From Lama guanicoe (taxonomy: Eukaryota): 64,000 nucleotides of DNA. The notes under the pieces were generated by a model. It had not been told where the DNA came from. It searched no databases and saw nothing but the letters and a program-made list of their open reading frames with translations. Where the stretch lies: the NCBI GenBank assembly GCA_013239625.1, contig MU053934.1:10641003-10705002 (forward strand), read 5' to 3'. Shown one piece after another: positions 48,815 to 61,150 of this stretch; within the stretch, counting starts at the first letter, position 1; every line of letters begins with the position of its first letter. A program made the translations under genes and the position numbers.

Positions 48815-51272
48815 TTTATTTTAAATAATAATAGTATATATTCAAGGTGCACAGTCGGATGCTTCGATGCACACGTGCGTAGAGAAATGATTGCCGCAGT
48901 CAAGCAGATTAACGTGTCCCCTCTTCACGTGGCTACCGTCTTGCATGTGTGCTGGGAACACCTGAAGCCTCCTGTCGTAGCAGATTTCCACATCATCACA
49001 GTCTCGGTGACTGTGGTTGTCGTGCTCTGTGCCAGCTCCGCGGGCTTAGTGCTCCCCCATCCCTGAGACTTGACACCCTTGGCCATCTCCCCGGCTCCAT
49101 CCCCCGGCTCCCGGCAACCCCTGTTCTACCCTCTGTTCTGAGCATCCGGCTGTCGTAGCTTCTACACTATGCAAGTGAGACCGTGCAGGCCTTTTCTTTC
49201 TGTGTCTGGCTTATTTCACTTGGCACAATATCCTCCAGGGTCGTCGGTGTTGTTGCAAATGGTAGGATCTCCTTTTTTGAAGCTGATGGAGATACATGTG
49301 TGACAATTGCATGGATAAAGGGAAAATATATTTGTTTTAATATATGTATTTTAATATCCACCCGTCACTGGACACTTAGATTGTTTCCATATATATCTTG
49401 GCCCCTGAGAATAATGCGACAACAAACATGGGAGAAAAGATATCTTTTCAAGGAACTAATTCCACGTCCTTCGGGTGTGTACCCAGAAGAGGGGTTGCTG
49501 GTTCATATGGTAGTTCTATTTTTCACTTTCTGAGGAGCTTCTGTACCGTTTTACATGGTGGCTGTGCCATTTACATTCCCATCCACAGCGCACAAGTGTT
49601 CCCTTTCTCCACACCCTCGCTGCTGCTGCTCCTTTTCGGTAACAGCCATTCTGACAGGTGTGAGGTGCTGGCTCTCGGCTTTGATCTGCGTTTCCCTGAT
49701 GGTTAGTGATGTTAACGCCTTTTCTTATAACTGTTGGCCAACAGCACATCTTCTTTAGAAGCACGTCTGTTCAGGTTCCTTGCCCAGCTTTTAATTGGGT
49801 GGGTTTTTTTTGCAGTTGAGCTGTATGAGCGCCTTTTCATTTTGTCGATTGGTTTTGCTCAGAAGGCTTTAAATTCGAGGCAGCCCCACTTGTTGTTTTT
49901 GTTTTTCTTGCCTGAACTTTTGGTGCCATATCCAGAAACTTCGTTGCCAGGCCCATGTCAAGGGGCTTTCCCCCTGTTTTCCTCTAGGAGTTTTATGGTT
50001 TCAGGTCCTATGCTTAAGTCTGTAATTCACTGTGAGTTAATTTCTGTGTATAGTGTAAGGGTCCAACGAATTTCATTCTTTTGCAGGTGGACATCCAGTT
50101 TTCCCAACACAAGTTATTGAAGGCTATCCTTCCCCCTTTGTGTATTCTTGACAAGTTTGTTGAAAGGTAGTTGGCTGTTTATGGTTGGGTTTATTTCGGG
50201 GCCCTCCATTCTGCACCGGTGGCCTGTGTGTCTGTTGTGCTGGTACCACGTCCTGTTGATGACTGTGGCTCAGTGCCATGATCTGAGACCAGGAGGTGTG
50301 AGGTCTCTGTTCCTCTTTCTCAGGGTTGCTTTGGCTGTATGGGATCTTCTGTGGTTCCACATGACTTCTAGAATTGTTTTCCGTGAATTCATATTTCTGT
50401 GAAAAATGCCATTAAAGTTTTGATAATTATTGCATTGAATCTGTATATTACCTTGCGTGTATGGCCATTTTAACAACATTAATTCTTCCAACCCATGAAC
50501 ATATCCTTCCACGTATCTTCTTTAATTTCTTTAATCGATGCTTTGTACTGTACAGATCTTTTACCTCCTTGGTTAAATTTAATCTTTTTTGTATTCTTTG
50601 TGTTGTATTCTTTCTGATGCTATGATAAATGGGGTTTATTTCTTGATTTCCTTTTCAGATAAATCATTGTCAGTGTAAAACACACAACTGAATTCTGCAT
50701 GTTGACATTTGTCCTGCAACTTTACTGAATTTGTTTACTAGTTCTAACAGTTTTTTTTAAAAAATAGAGTCTTTAGTGTTTTCTACATATAGATTCAAAA
50801 CAAATTCAGTAACACATCAAAAAGATTATACACTGTGACCAAGAGGGATTTAATCCCTTGGATGTAAGATTGGTTTAACACACCCAAATCCACAGCCGTG
50901 ATACCTTGCATTTATAGTGAATGATAACAATCACATGATCAACTCAATCAATGCAGAAGCATTTGGCACAGTTCAACATCCATTCACGATAAAGACTCCC
51001 AAAAAAAGATATGAAAGGAAATTTCCTCAACACAATAAAGATCATTTATGAAAAGCCCACGTCTAATCTGATCTAATCTAATGGTAGAAGCTGAAAGCTT
51101 TGCCTCTGAGATCAGGTACAAGGCAAGAACGCCCACTTCAGTACGTCTATTTCACATAGTACCTAAGTTTCAGCAAAAGCAATCAGACAAGAAAAAGAAA
51201 TTAAAAGCATCCAAATCAAAAAGAAGCAGTAAAGTAGATGTTTGCAGTTGACAAGATTCTATATAGACAACA
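48815..51272 (-). mobile_element. L1MA-like insertion with inverted 5' segment (twin-priming structure)
   Basis: 48815-50795 is antisense L1 from the 3' UTR (gtatatattcaaggtgcaca...gaaatgattgccgcagtcaagc) back to 'LYVEN'; 50796-51272 is plus-strand RT from 'NKFSNTSK/IQQHIKK' region to tttgcagttgacaagattctatatagac. Confidence 0.85.
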
Positions 51273-51299
51273 GAATATTTTAAATATTAAAAAAGGGGG

Positions 51300-54200
51300 T
51301 CTCCATGTGGCAGTAGTGAGAACTGGGCAGGGGAGGGGAGAATGTCAAAACACACTACACGTCTTGTTTTCTTCAATGGAAGGATATAACTATATTTTAA
51401 AATAACCTTTAGAAAAAGTGAGTTAAAAGATCAACGGTTTCTGACTGACTCTTGGTCAAGTGGATGTCCAAAGTTTTTAAAAAGGAGAAAAATATTAAGA
51501 ATTCCTTTGCATATTACTCAAAAGTTAACTCCAGTTAGGTTATGGTCTAAATTTACAAGTTAAAAATATAAACCTTTCAGAATAAACATAGGAAAATAAC
51601 TCTGAGTAGACAAAGAGTTGAGGGTATTTAAAAAGGTATATTTAAAACAAAATATTCAAATGAAAAATATATCCAGGCAAATCTATATCGTTAAAAAATA
51701 TAAAGTGGGTTTGTCAATAGTAGTGTCTGACAAGGAAGAATTCAAGGCAAAGATCATAGAAATTTAGCAAAACTGTTCCATTTCTTTAATTAAAAACAGG
51801 AAATTGAAAAGTGACAAGGACATTCAACTCAATCAGTTGGCAGAATAAACATTAGTCTGAACACACACTTACACATACCTGCCTCTAATCAAAACAAAAT
51901 CCAGAAGAAGAAATTACAAAGTTCAAAGCATAAATAAAATGTTAAAAAAAACCAGTGGAGGTCAACAAAACCAAAAGAAATTTGTTTGAAAAGATTGAGG
52001 CAGACAAAACTTTGGGAATGGTGATCAGTTAAAAAAATAGAAATCACAAAATACTAACATAAAACATCTCCTAGGTACAGTGGAGTTTAAAAATATAAGA
52101 GAGCACTGTCTTAAAAACAATTCTGTGTCCATAAATTTAATATCTATGTTGAAATGGAAATTTTATAGAAAACTATAAAGTACCAAAATTTATTAGTGGA
52201 GAAAAAATTCCAGAAAAGATCTTATAACCGTTTTATAAATTGCAGCTTGACTCGGAATTCTTTCCGTTACTTCTTTTCTCCACCAAGGCACCAGGAAAGG
52301 GGATTTGGAAGGTGAATTTTCCCAGGACCCTAAAGGAACAAATCGTTTCTTTCCTGTAAGAGGGAAAAAGGTGATGAAATTTCCCAATTCTTTCTGTAAG
52401 ACTGAAAGGTCCTTGACACCAAAATTGGGCAAAGACGACAGAAAAAGTGAAATTATAGGCTGATTTCTCTTGTGCAAATACATGTAAAAGTCCTGTGTAG
52501 AACACAGTCAATTGAATTCACCAGGATTTAAAAATGAATGTACATGGCCAGGGAGTGTTTCTCCCAAGCTCATTTCAGGAATACAATGGTTTTCATAACA
52601 TTAGAAATGAAAGCTATTAAGGTAGTTTATCACATTAATAAATGAATGAAGAAAAGTACGTATCATCGCAATTCGCAAAGAAGCAGCACTTCATACTGTA
52701 ACTCCCTAATAGTTACAACAAATAAGCAAGTAGACAAATGTGCAGCGACGTGAATATCTCACTGTTCCAGCAGGTCAAAACAAGAGAAGAACCCTGAACC
52801 TAAAGCAGCGTTTCTGCGCAGCCATCCAAATCGCCCATCCTTGGTGGACCTGCAGAGCGCTTGTCCTTAGAGACAGGAATCTTCCCGCCCGACGCTGTCC
52901 GGGGGGAGGGGGCTCAGAGCAGCCGGTGGGTTATAAACGCCAAGGAGGACGAAGGCAAGTTGTCGCCATTCGCAGAGCAGGTGCGGGTTTATACAGAGTG
53001 TGTAACTGGGAGACTCTGCAGAACAGACTCTTAGGAGTGGCAAGTAAAGTCCTGGGGGCTGAGAGGCCACGTGCGCCAGCCGCCCCGCCCGTCTCTGGCG
53101 ACGCAGAAGCGGTCAGCGCGGCGGTGAGCCCTGTGTGTCGGCTTGGCGGGGCGAGGGGTCCGCAGAGAGCTGGTGGACGGGGTCCTGGGTGTGTGAGCGA
53201 AGGAGTTCCCGGGGGGGGTGGCATCTGCAGCAGAGGGTCCCCGTCCCCACGGGGGGCTGCCGTCGTCCCGTCCTCTGAGGGCTGGAGGAGAGCAAAGGTG
53301 CGGGAGGGCGAACTCCCGCTCTCCCTTCTTGGGCCGGGACCCCGGCTCCTTCTGCCCCCGGACGCTGGCGCTCCGGGCCCCCCCGGCGCTCAGACGGGGG
53401 CTGGAGCTGCAGCCCGGCTTTCCCGGGTCCCCAGCGGGGGGCGCGCGGACTGTGGTGCTCCCCAGCCTCCGCAGCCCCGTGGCCTGCTTCTGACAGTAAA
53501 GCTCCTCTTGTGTGCATCTGCATGCATCCTTCTGGTTCTGCTTCTCTGGAGAACCTGCCTCGTGCAGTTAGAAGCCGTGGGAATCATAAAGCCGTGAGAA
53601 CTATGTTACTTAGTAACCAACCTACCAAGATTAATGAGGCCGCTTTGAGGAAAATAATGAACTTCCATTGAAAAACCTAAAGAAGAACAAAATAAATTCT
53701 AGACATATGCTAGGTTCCTCGGGGGCTGTTCCTAATATCTTAAAGGTGACAGTTCTCCCCAAATGGAAATCTCAGTTCGGCGACGCCCAAACTTACTACA
53801 AAGATTTTTGCATCGGGTGACAAATAGACACTAAAATTTGAACAGAAAAGAAATGACTAAAAGAATAACAAAAGGACAATGTAAAGGAAGAAAGATCAGG
53901 ACGAGGCAGACAGTTCCGTGACCATCAGTGTGTACTAAAAAATTGTAGGGAATAAACGGCGTGGAATTGACGCAGGCGGGGACGCGTAGACGACGTTGAT
54001 CTGAGGGTCCTGCCTCAGACCCGCACGTAGAAGGAAGCACGCACAGAACAGGCGTGGAGCCACCACTTGGCTTTTCACGTGGAAAACAAGGGAGTCCCTG
54101 TGGCAGGAGAAGCTGCTCTGAGACACTGTGAAGTCGTGAGCAGCCCTGATTCACCCTGCGTGCTGCGGACACTGATGTAATTTGCCGCAGGCGTGTTGAA

Positions 54201-54650
54201 ATGCAGGTTGAGGGGGGCTCCCCCAAACCCAGCTGAGGACCTCCCATGGCACAGGGCAGAGGCGCCCTGTTCCCTTTCTAGAAGGTTCTGACCCTGCAAT
54301 GCGTCTGGCCGGGGCTCAGGGAAGAGATCATGGGCCCAGGCGAGGGGCTTCCCTGTTGGTGAACGGGTGATGCTGCTTCTTGCGTTCCCTGGGAGAGGGT
54401 CGCAGCCCCATCGCTCGCTTTCCGTCGAAGAAACAGCTTCTGGACCTGTTTCGTCTGTGAGACGACGCAGCGCTGCACAGAGACTGGTCATCTTGGAGGA
54501 AGCAATGCCTCCCGTGGACCCTGGGGCTAAGGCACCTCCTTCACAGCCTACAGGGTTCCTTCCTTTGGGGGCCCATCCTGGGCAGGCGAGCGCTTCGTCT
54601 TCAGACACGGGCAGCGCTCTTTTCCCAGAAAAGGGCCACCACAGCCTTGG
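51300..54650 (+). mobile_element. Old L1 (L1ME-like) ORF2 relic, interrupted by MLT2
   Basis: aaaatatatccaggcaaat...gtgtctgacaaggaagaattcaaggcaaa (EN); ttgacaccaaaattgggcaaagac; KEDEGKLSPFAEQVRVYTE (~52942-52998, RT KEEVKLSLFADDMIVY equivalent); gacagttctccccaaatg after the LTR. Confidence 0.75.
53117..53566 (+). mobile_element. MLT2 solo LTR, strongly GC-shifted
   Basis: 5' cgcggcggtgagccctgtgtgtcggcttggc aligns to the MLT2 start at 28575; 3' ctggttctgcttctctggagaacctgcctcgtgca; flanked by gtcag (53112-53116) and gttag (53567-53571), a near-perfect 5-bp TSD. Confidence 0.85.
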
Positions 54651-56099
54651 GCGGGGGACCAGGTCTAGAAAGTACCTGCCTGATGCTGGTCCCACTCTCC
54701 ACGGCCCCGTCTCCCCGTGCCTGGGAGAGAATGCCCCCTCCCTGTCTTCTGGGGCCCTCATGGCTGCCCTGGCACTGCCTGGACTGTCTGGTCAGCACAC
54801 AAAGTGCCGCTGACTTGCCAAAGAGAGCAGGCAGGAGTCACCTGGGCCCGTGACGGCACCTGGGCTGAGATGGGGTGGTTGGAGCGGGGAGGTATGGGAA
54901 CCGCGGTGGTGAGTTTCAGGCCGAGGAGTTGCCCTCACGTAGGGGGAATGGGGAGACTGGCGTGGACGGTTCTCACTCGTGGACAGTTGTGTGAGTGGCG
55001 ATCCCAGTCAGGAGGAGGGTCTTGGAGAGGCAGCCGGAGCTGGGGTCCAGCCTGCCGTCCCCTCACTGACCCTACAGGCTGGTCCAGCAAAGCAAGTGTG
55101 ACTGCCCACTGGCCCCACCTTTCCTAACTCCTGCCGTGGACGTGCCAGGGTGTGGGCTCCGTCTGGGCCACCAGGACTGGACGACGGGGACCCTGGGCCT
55201 GCTGCAGGACACCCTCTTGCTCCAGAGGGACGGCAGAGTCTAAGCCAAGGGAGCAGCATGCAGTGTTTGGGCAGGGTGACAAAGCTCAGTCCACAGAGCC
55301 ACAGAGGGTGGGCCGCAGCCCCAGTTGCTCCCTGGAGGAGGCCCCGCCCCGTGGGAGGCCCTGATGGCAGCTGTACGCTCTGGGGCAGGTAGAGGCTAAA
55401 GTGGAGGAGAGCCCCTTTGGAAAAATGCACATGCGGCAGCAAGCAGTGGTCCCAAACACCTGCCCAGATGGGCCCCCACATGAGGTGGCACAGCCCTGTG
55501 GTGTCCCCCCGCGGGGGAGGGGCTCGTGAGGCCTCCGCAGCCCGCCGCCCCTCCCTGGAAGCCGCCCAGCGGCCGGCTGGGCCGGGGGGAGGGGAGAGAG
55601 CGCTTGATTACTGCCCCGATCCCGTGATGCGCTGCTCCACGGTCGGCGCAGCGGGGAGAGGAGAGCGGCCAGGATCACACCGAGCTCAGCTCCCGGGGTG
55701 CAGGATATTAAATCAATCAAACTAAATTAAAAGCTCTGGCCAGCTCTTGAACTCAGGGTTGAGCAGCAGCCCTTTCTTTTTATTCCAACTGCTTCCCGGG
55801 ATGATGCCCAGCTTGCAGGGTCTGTGAGAGCTGGTGCTTTGAATTATTTAAAGATGAAGCAGGGCGAGGACACGGACAGGAAAGCATCCGACCACAGAGC
55901 TTCTGTGAAGGCTGCCCCTGCAGGGAGCCCCGGGGAGGGCAGTGTGTGTTGGGACGGTGTCCAGATGGACGTGCCTGTCACCGTGGTGGGGGGCCCCAGC
56001 TCAGGAGACCCTGCTCAGCGGCAAAGTGGCTGCTGCCTTTTGCCCGAGGAACCGGTCATCACTCCTTCCACTGAGACTCTGAGGCAGCCCTGTTCCAGG

Positions 56100-56205
56100 G
56101 GTGCAGGATGTGGTCAGAAGCTGTGGGTTCAAATCCCAGACCTGCTCCCAGAAGCTGGGAGACATTGGTTTAACCCTCGGAGTACCTCCCTCCACTGTGA
56201 ATGAC
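56100..56205 (+). mobile_element. MIR SINE fragment
   Basis: gtcagaagctgtgggttcaaatcccagacctgctccc...tttaaccctcggag. Confidence 0.7.
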
Positions 56206-56275
56206 ATTCATATGTAGCAGCTCTCATGGGCCTTATCAAACCCCGGCACTATCCCAGGCTCTGTCCTCACAGGGG

Positions 56276-56815
56276 TTCATTCATCCCAAGCACATACGTT
56301 GAAGGCTTGCTGTGTTCCACGCCCTGAGGGTTATAGCGGGAAAACATCCCTGCTGCCAGGGAAATTGCAATCTGGTGGCAGATCCAACGCAACTGTGTGG
56401 TTCCTCTGAAGGATACAAGTGGGGGTGGGCAATAAAATGTGAGATGGGGTCACTGGGTGGGGCTGCTCAGAGAAGGTGGACAGAAGCTGAGACCCCTAGA
56501 ACCAGGAGTTGATGGGATATTGAGCGGAGGACCTGCATGCTCTGCAGAGAGAAAGGGATGCAGGCCCTGAGGTGGGCACCAGCTGGATGGGTTAGAGGCA
56601 GAGAGAGCAGGCTGTGATGGCTGGAGCCTGGGGAACGAGGATGTGAGTCATGAGAGAGGGGCAGATGGGGCACCCAGGGCAGGATGCCACAGGTCTTGTG
56701 GGTTGAGTGTGGATTGGTTTGTCTTAGGGTCCCTGCAAAACCAGGAGTGGGGGTTCAGCCAGCAGAGGCGGGATCTGCTCTGCATCGTCACAGGCCCTCT
56801 GGCCGCTGCTAGCAC
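56276..56815 (-). mobile_element. L2 3' end, antisense
   Basis: ttcattcatcccaagcacatacgttgaaggcttgctgtgttccacgccct...gcaggccctgaggtgggcaccagctgg...gccctctggccgctg. Confidence 0.75.
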
Positions 56816-56839
56816 AAGTGATTGCTAGCTTCCACCCGT

Positions 56840-56965
56840 CCTGTTCTTGCCGCCTGCTCAGCTCTGCCAGCATGTGTCTAAGTGGCTCCTTCCTCGCCTT
56901 TCACACCTGCTTGGTCAACCTTCCTGAAAGGCCATTTCTAACCAGCTCATTTAAAACTGAAGCAC
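56840..56965 (+). mobile_element. L2 fragment (left half, split by L1MC)
   Basis: tggctccttcctcgcc...caaccttcctgaaaggccatttctaaccagctcatttaaaact. Confidence 0.6.
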
Positions 56966-56969
56966 CTCT

Positions 56970-57687
56970 TTACCTAATGATAAATGGGTCAATTCTCCAA
57001 GAAGACTCAACAATCCTGACCGTGTATGCACCTAACAACACAGCATCAAAATGCATGAGGCAAAAAGTGATGGGATGCAATGAGAAACAGATGAACCCAC
57101 ACTTACAGCAGCAGACTCCAATGCCCCTCTCTTAGAAAGGGACAGATCCAACAGGCAGAAAGTGAGTAAGGACACAGCTGAGAACAGCAGCATCAGTCAA
57201 CTGGGTATAATCGACATTTAGAGACGACTTCCTCCAGCAATGGCAGAACATACACTCCTCTCAGGCTCACATGGAGCACGCACAGAGATAAACCGCTCTT
57301 CCATGACACACATCTGAGCAAATTAAAAGAAAGTAAAAACCAAACAATGCCTGCTCTCAGATAATAATGGAATTAAACTGGAAATCAGTAACAGAAGGAT
57401 GAGCCGGAAAATTCAAAACACAGCCAGAGATTAAACACTGCATTTCTAAATGGCACATTTGTACAGGCTGAAATTTCCAGAAAAATAAAAAAATATTTTC
57501 AACTAAGTGAGAATGAAAACTCAAACTTTCATAATGTGTGGGATGCAGCAAAAGCAGTGATTGGAGGGAAATTTATAGTGTTGAATGCCTATGTTAAAAA
57601 TGAAGAATGATTTAAAATTAATTATCTAAGCTTTCATCCTGGGAAATTAGAAAAAGAAGAGCAAATTAAATACAAAGTAAACGGTAA

Positions 57688-57746
<59 letters not shown>

Positions 57747-60700
57747 CAACAAAAATCAATGAAATTGAAGACAGGAAATCAACAGAGGAAATCAGCAAAA
57801 CTGAAAGCTGATTCTTTGAAAAGATCAATAAAATCAAGAAGCATCTAGCCAGACTAAGGGAAAAAAAGAGAGATGACACAAATTATTAATATCAGAAATG
57901 AAAAGGGGGACATAACTATTGATCCTAAGGACATTGAAAGGACAATAAAAGAAGTTGTCTAAGAGCAACTTCATGCCCAAGTACTTGACAACCTGGATGA
58001 AATAGACCAGTTTCTTGAAAGACAAAATTCACCAAAACTCACACAAGAGAAACAGACAATCTGCATAGGCATGTATCTATTAGAGAAATTGGGTCAATAA
58101 TTAGTGGCCTTCCATATGGAAAGCCCCAGGCCCAGATGGTTTCACTGGTGAATTCTATCAAACATTTGAGGAAGAAATGATGCCAGTTCTCTACAACTTC
58201 TTTCAGAGGCTCAAAACAGAGCGACTATGTCTGAACTCACTCTGTGAGGGAAGCATTACCCTAATGCCAAAACCAAAGACATCACGAGAAGAGAAAACTA
58301 CCAGCCAAAATATCTCGTGAACATAGGTGCAAGAATCCTTCACAAAATGCCAGCAGATGAAGTCCAACAGTGTGTCAAAAGCCTTATGCACTCTAACCAA
58401 GTGGGATTTGTCCCTGCTACGCAAGCCTGGTTCCACATTTGGAAACAATATGATCAATCACATCAATAGGGTAAAAGAGAAAAATCACGTGATTATATCA
58501 ACAGATGCAGAAAAAGCATTTGAAAAAATCCAACACTGATTTATGAGAAAAACTCCCAGTAAACTAGGAATAGAAGGGCACTTCAACTTGTTAAGAATTC
58601 TTTAAAAATCTACAGTTAACATCATGCTTAATGGTGAGAAAGTTGAAGATTTCCTACTAAGATCAGGAACAAGGCTAGACCGCCCCCTCTCACCACTCTT
58701 TTTCAATACTATACTGGAGGTTCTGTCTAATGCAGTTGAGACAATTAAAGAAAATAAAAAGTACACAGATTGGGAAGGAAGAGGAAAAACTGCCTTTGTC
58801 TGCAGGTGACACATGTAGAAAATCTAAAATAATTGACCCCAAACTCCTGAAACTAATAAGCAGTTTTAACAAGGTTGCAGGATACAAGGGTATCATACAA
58901 AAATCAATCACTTTCCTATATACAAGCAATGGACAAGTGTAATTTGAAATAAAAAACACAATACCATCTACATTAGCACTTCCTCCAAATAAAATACTTA
59001 GGTATAAATCTAATAAAATATGTAAATGATTTCTATGAGAAACACTACAAAGCTCTGATGAGTGAAGTCAAAGAAGAACTACATAAATGGAGACATAGTC
59101 CATGTTCATGGAAGACTCAATATTGTCAAAATGTAAGTTCTACCCAAGGTGATCTGTAGATTCAGTGCAACCGCAGTCAAAATCCCAGCAGGCTGTTTTG
59201 TGGACATCAGCAAAGTGATTCTAAAGTCTATGTGGAGGGGCCCAAGACCCAGAATATCCAGCACAGTATTGAAGGAGAGGGACAAGGTAGGAGGGCTGAC
59301 TACCCACTTTCAAGACTTACTACATAGTTACAGTAATCAAGACAGTGTGGTGTTGCCAAAGAGGAATAGACAGAGGTCAAAGGAACTGAATCTAGAGCTC
59401 ATAAATTAACACACAAACACAGTCAGCTGATCTCTGACAAAGCAGCCAAGGCAATGCGATGGAGCAGAGATGGCTTCTTCCACAAATGGTGCTGGGACAG
59501 CCAGTCATCCACATGCAGAAAAATAAATAAACCTCACACAGACCATACAACTTCCACAAAAGTTAACTCAAATGGGTCACAGACCTAAATGTCAAGTGTG
59601 AAACTGTAACGTTTCTAGAGGACAGCACTGGAGAAGGCCTAGAGGACCCTGTGTATGGTGGTGACTTTTTAGATACAACACTGAAGTCACCATCCATGAA
59701 AGAAAGAACTGATAAGCTGAATTTCATCAGAGTTAAACATGTCTCTGTGACAGACAATGTGGAGAATGAGAAGAGAAGCCACCGACTGGGAGAAAATAAT
59801 TGCAAAAGACAAATCTGATAAGGGACTGGTATCCGAAGTGTACAACAAACTCTTAGAATCCAACCCTAAGGAAATAATCTGATAAAAAAAATGAGCAGAA
59901 GTTCTCACCAAAGAAAATATACAGACGACAAATAAGCATATGAAAAGATTCTCCACATCATGTATATTTAAGGAAATACAAATTAAAACAACGAGACACC
60001 ACTACGTTCTTGGCTAAAATGTGCTAAAATGTGAACCACTGACAACACCAAATGCTGGCAAGGATGTGGAGCAACGGGAACTCTAGTTCGCTGCTGGTGG
60101 GGATGCAGAATGGTCCGGTCACTTTGAAAGACGGCTTGGCGGTTTCTCACGAACCTAAATATCCTCCTACACACGGTGCAGTGGCTGCGCTCCTTGGGGT
60201 CACGCAAAGGAGCTGAAGACTTATGTCCATTCAAAAACCTGCACGTGGATGTTTGTAGCGGCTTTATTCATAATTGACAAGACTCAGAAGTAACCAAGGT
60301 GTCACTCAGGAGTTGAATAGATAAACTGTGGTACATCCAGACAATGGAATACTGGTCAGTGCTTTAAGAAAATAAAGTTTTAAGCCACAAAAAGATATGC
60401 AAGAACCTTACACGCATACCAGCAAGTGGAGGAAGCCAGTCTGAAAAGGCTGCGTACTGTACGATCCCGACTCTCTGACGTTCAGGAAAAGGCAGAACGA
60501 TGGAGACGTAAGAGGTCCGTGGGGGCCAGGGGGTGGGGGAGGGGGGTGACAGGCGGAGCACCGAGGGGCCTTAGGGCGGTGAAAGCGCTCCGTGATACTG
60601 TGCTGGTGGGGACACGTCATCGTGCGTCTGTCCAAGCCGCAGCACGCACCACCGCACGGGTGAGCCCTGATGGAAACTGCGGACTCTGGGTGGTGACGAT

Positions 60701-60888
60701 GTGTCAGTGCGGGTTCATTTACTGTAACAAATGCACCACCTCCGTGAGGGATGAGGACAGTGAGCGTGTGTGTGTGTGCGTGCGCGTGCGAGCGCATGTG
60801 CATGGGAACAGGGAATACACGGGAAATATCTGCACTGCTCACTCAGCTTTGCTGGGAGCCCAACACTGCTGTAAAAAGTGAAGTCTGC
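56970..60888 (+). mobile_element. 5'-truncated L1 (L1MC1-like), ORF2 EN to 3' end
   Basis: [56 protein letters not shown]; 3' end gggaaatatctgcactgctcactcagctttgctgggagcccaacactgctgtaaaaagtgaagtct. Multiple stops and frameshifts. Confidence 0.92.
57688..57750. repeat. (AAT)18(AAC)3 microsatellite
   Basis: Perfect AAT run 57688-57741 followed by aacaacaac. Confidence 0.95.
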
Positions 60889-60894
60889 CTAGAA

Positions 60895-61150
60895 GAAAAG
60901 CCGCCCCTGCAGCCCCTCCCCAGCCGCTTTCTCCCCTCCTGACCCCCCGGGGCTCACCGCCGGCTTCTGTGTGTTTGTGTGTTTTCTCTTCCTGTCTGGG
61001 GTCTGCACCCTCCCCCGCAGCACGGGTTACGTGGTGATGGAGACATCCGTCTCCTTGCTCAGGTCCGTAGCACGAGGGCCTGGAAGAGTGCCGGGCACGC
61101 AGTAGGTCCCCAGTACACACTGAATAAACGGGTGGATGACTGGGTGGGTG
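60895..61150 (+). mobile_element. L2 3' terminus (right half, continues 56840-56965)
   Basis: gggcctggaagagtgccgggcacgcagtaggtccccagtacacactgaataaacgggtggatg. Confidence 0.7.

Noticed and set aside
52740..53597. 285-aa ORF
   Set aside because: Runs through GC-shifted L1 and MLT2 relics in a non-L1 frame; stops are lost through composition.
56970..60888. Active L1 ORF2
   Set aside because: 5'-truncated with many stops and frameshifts.
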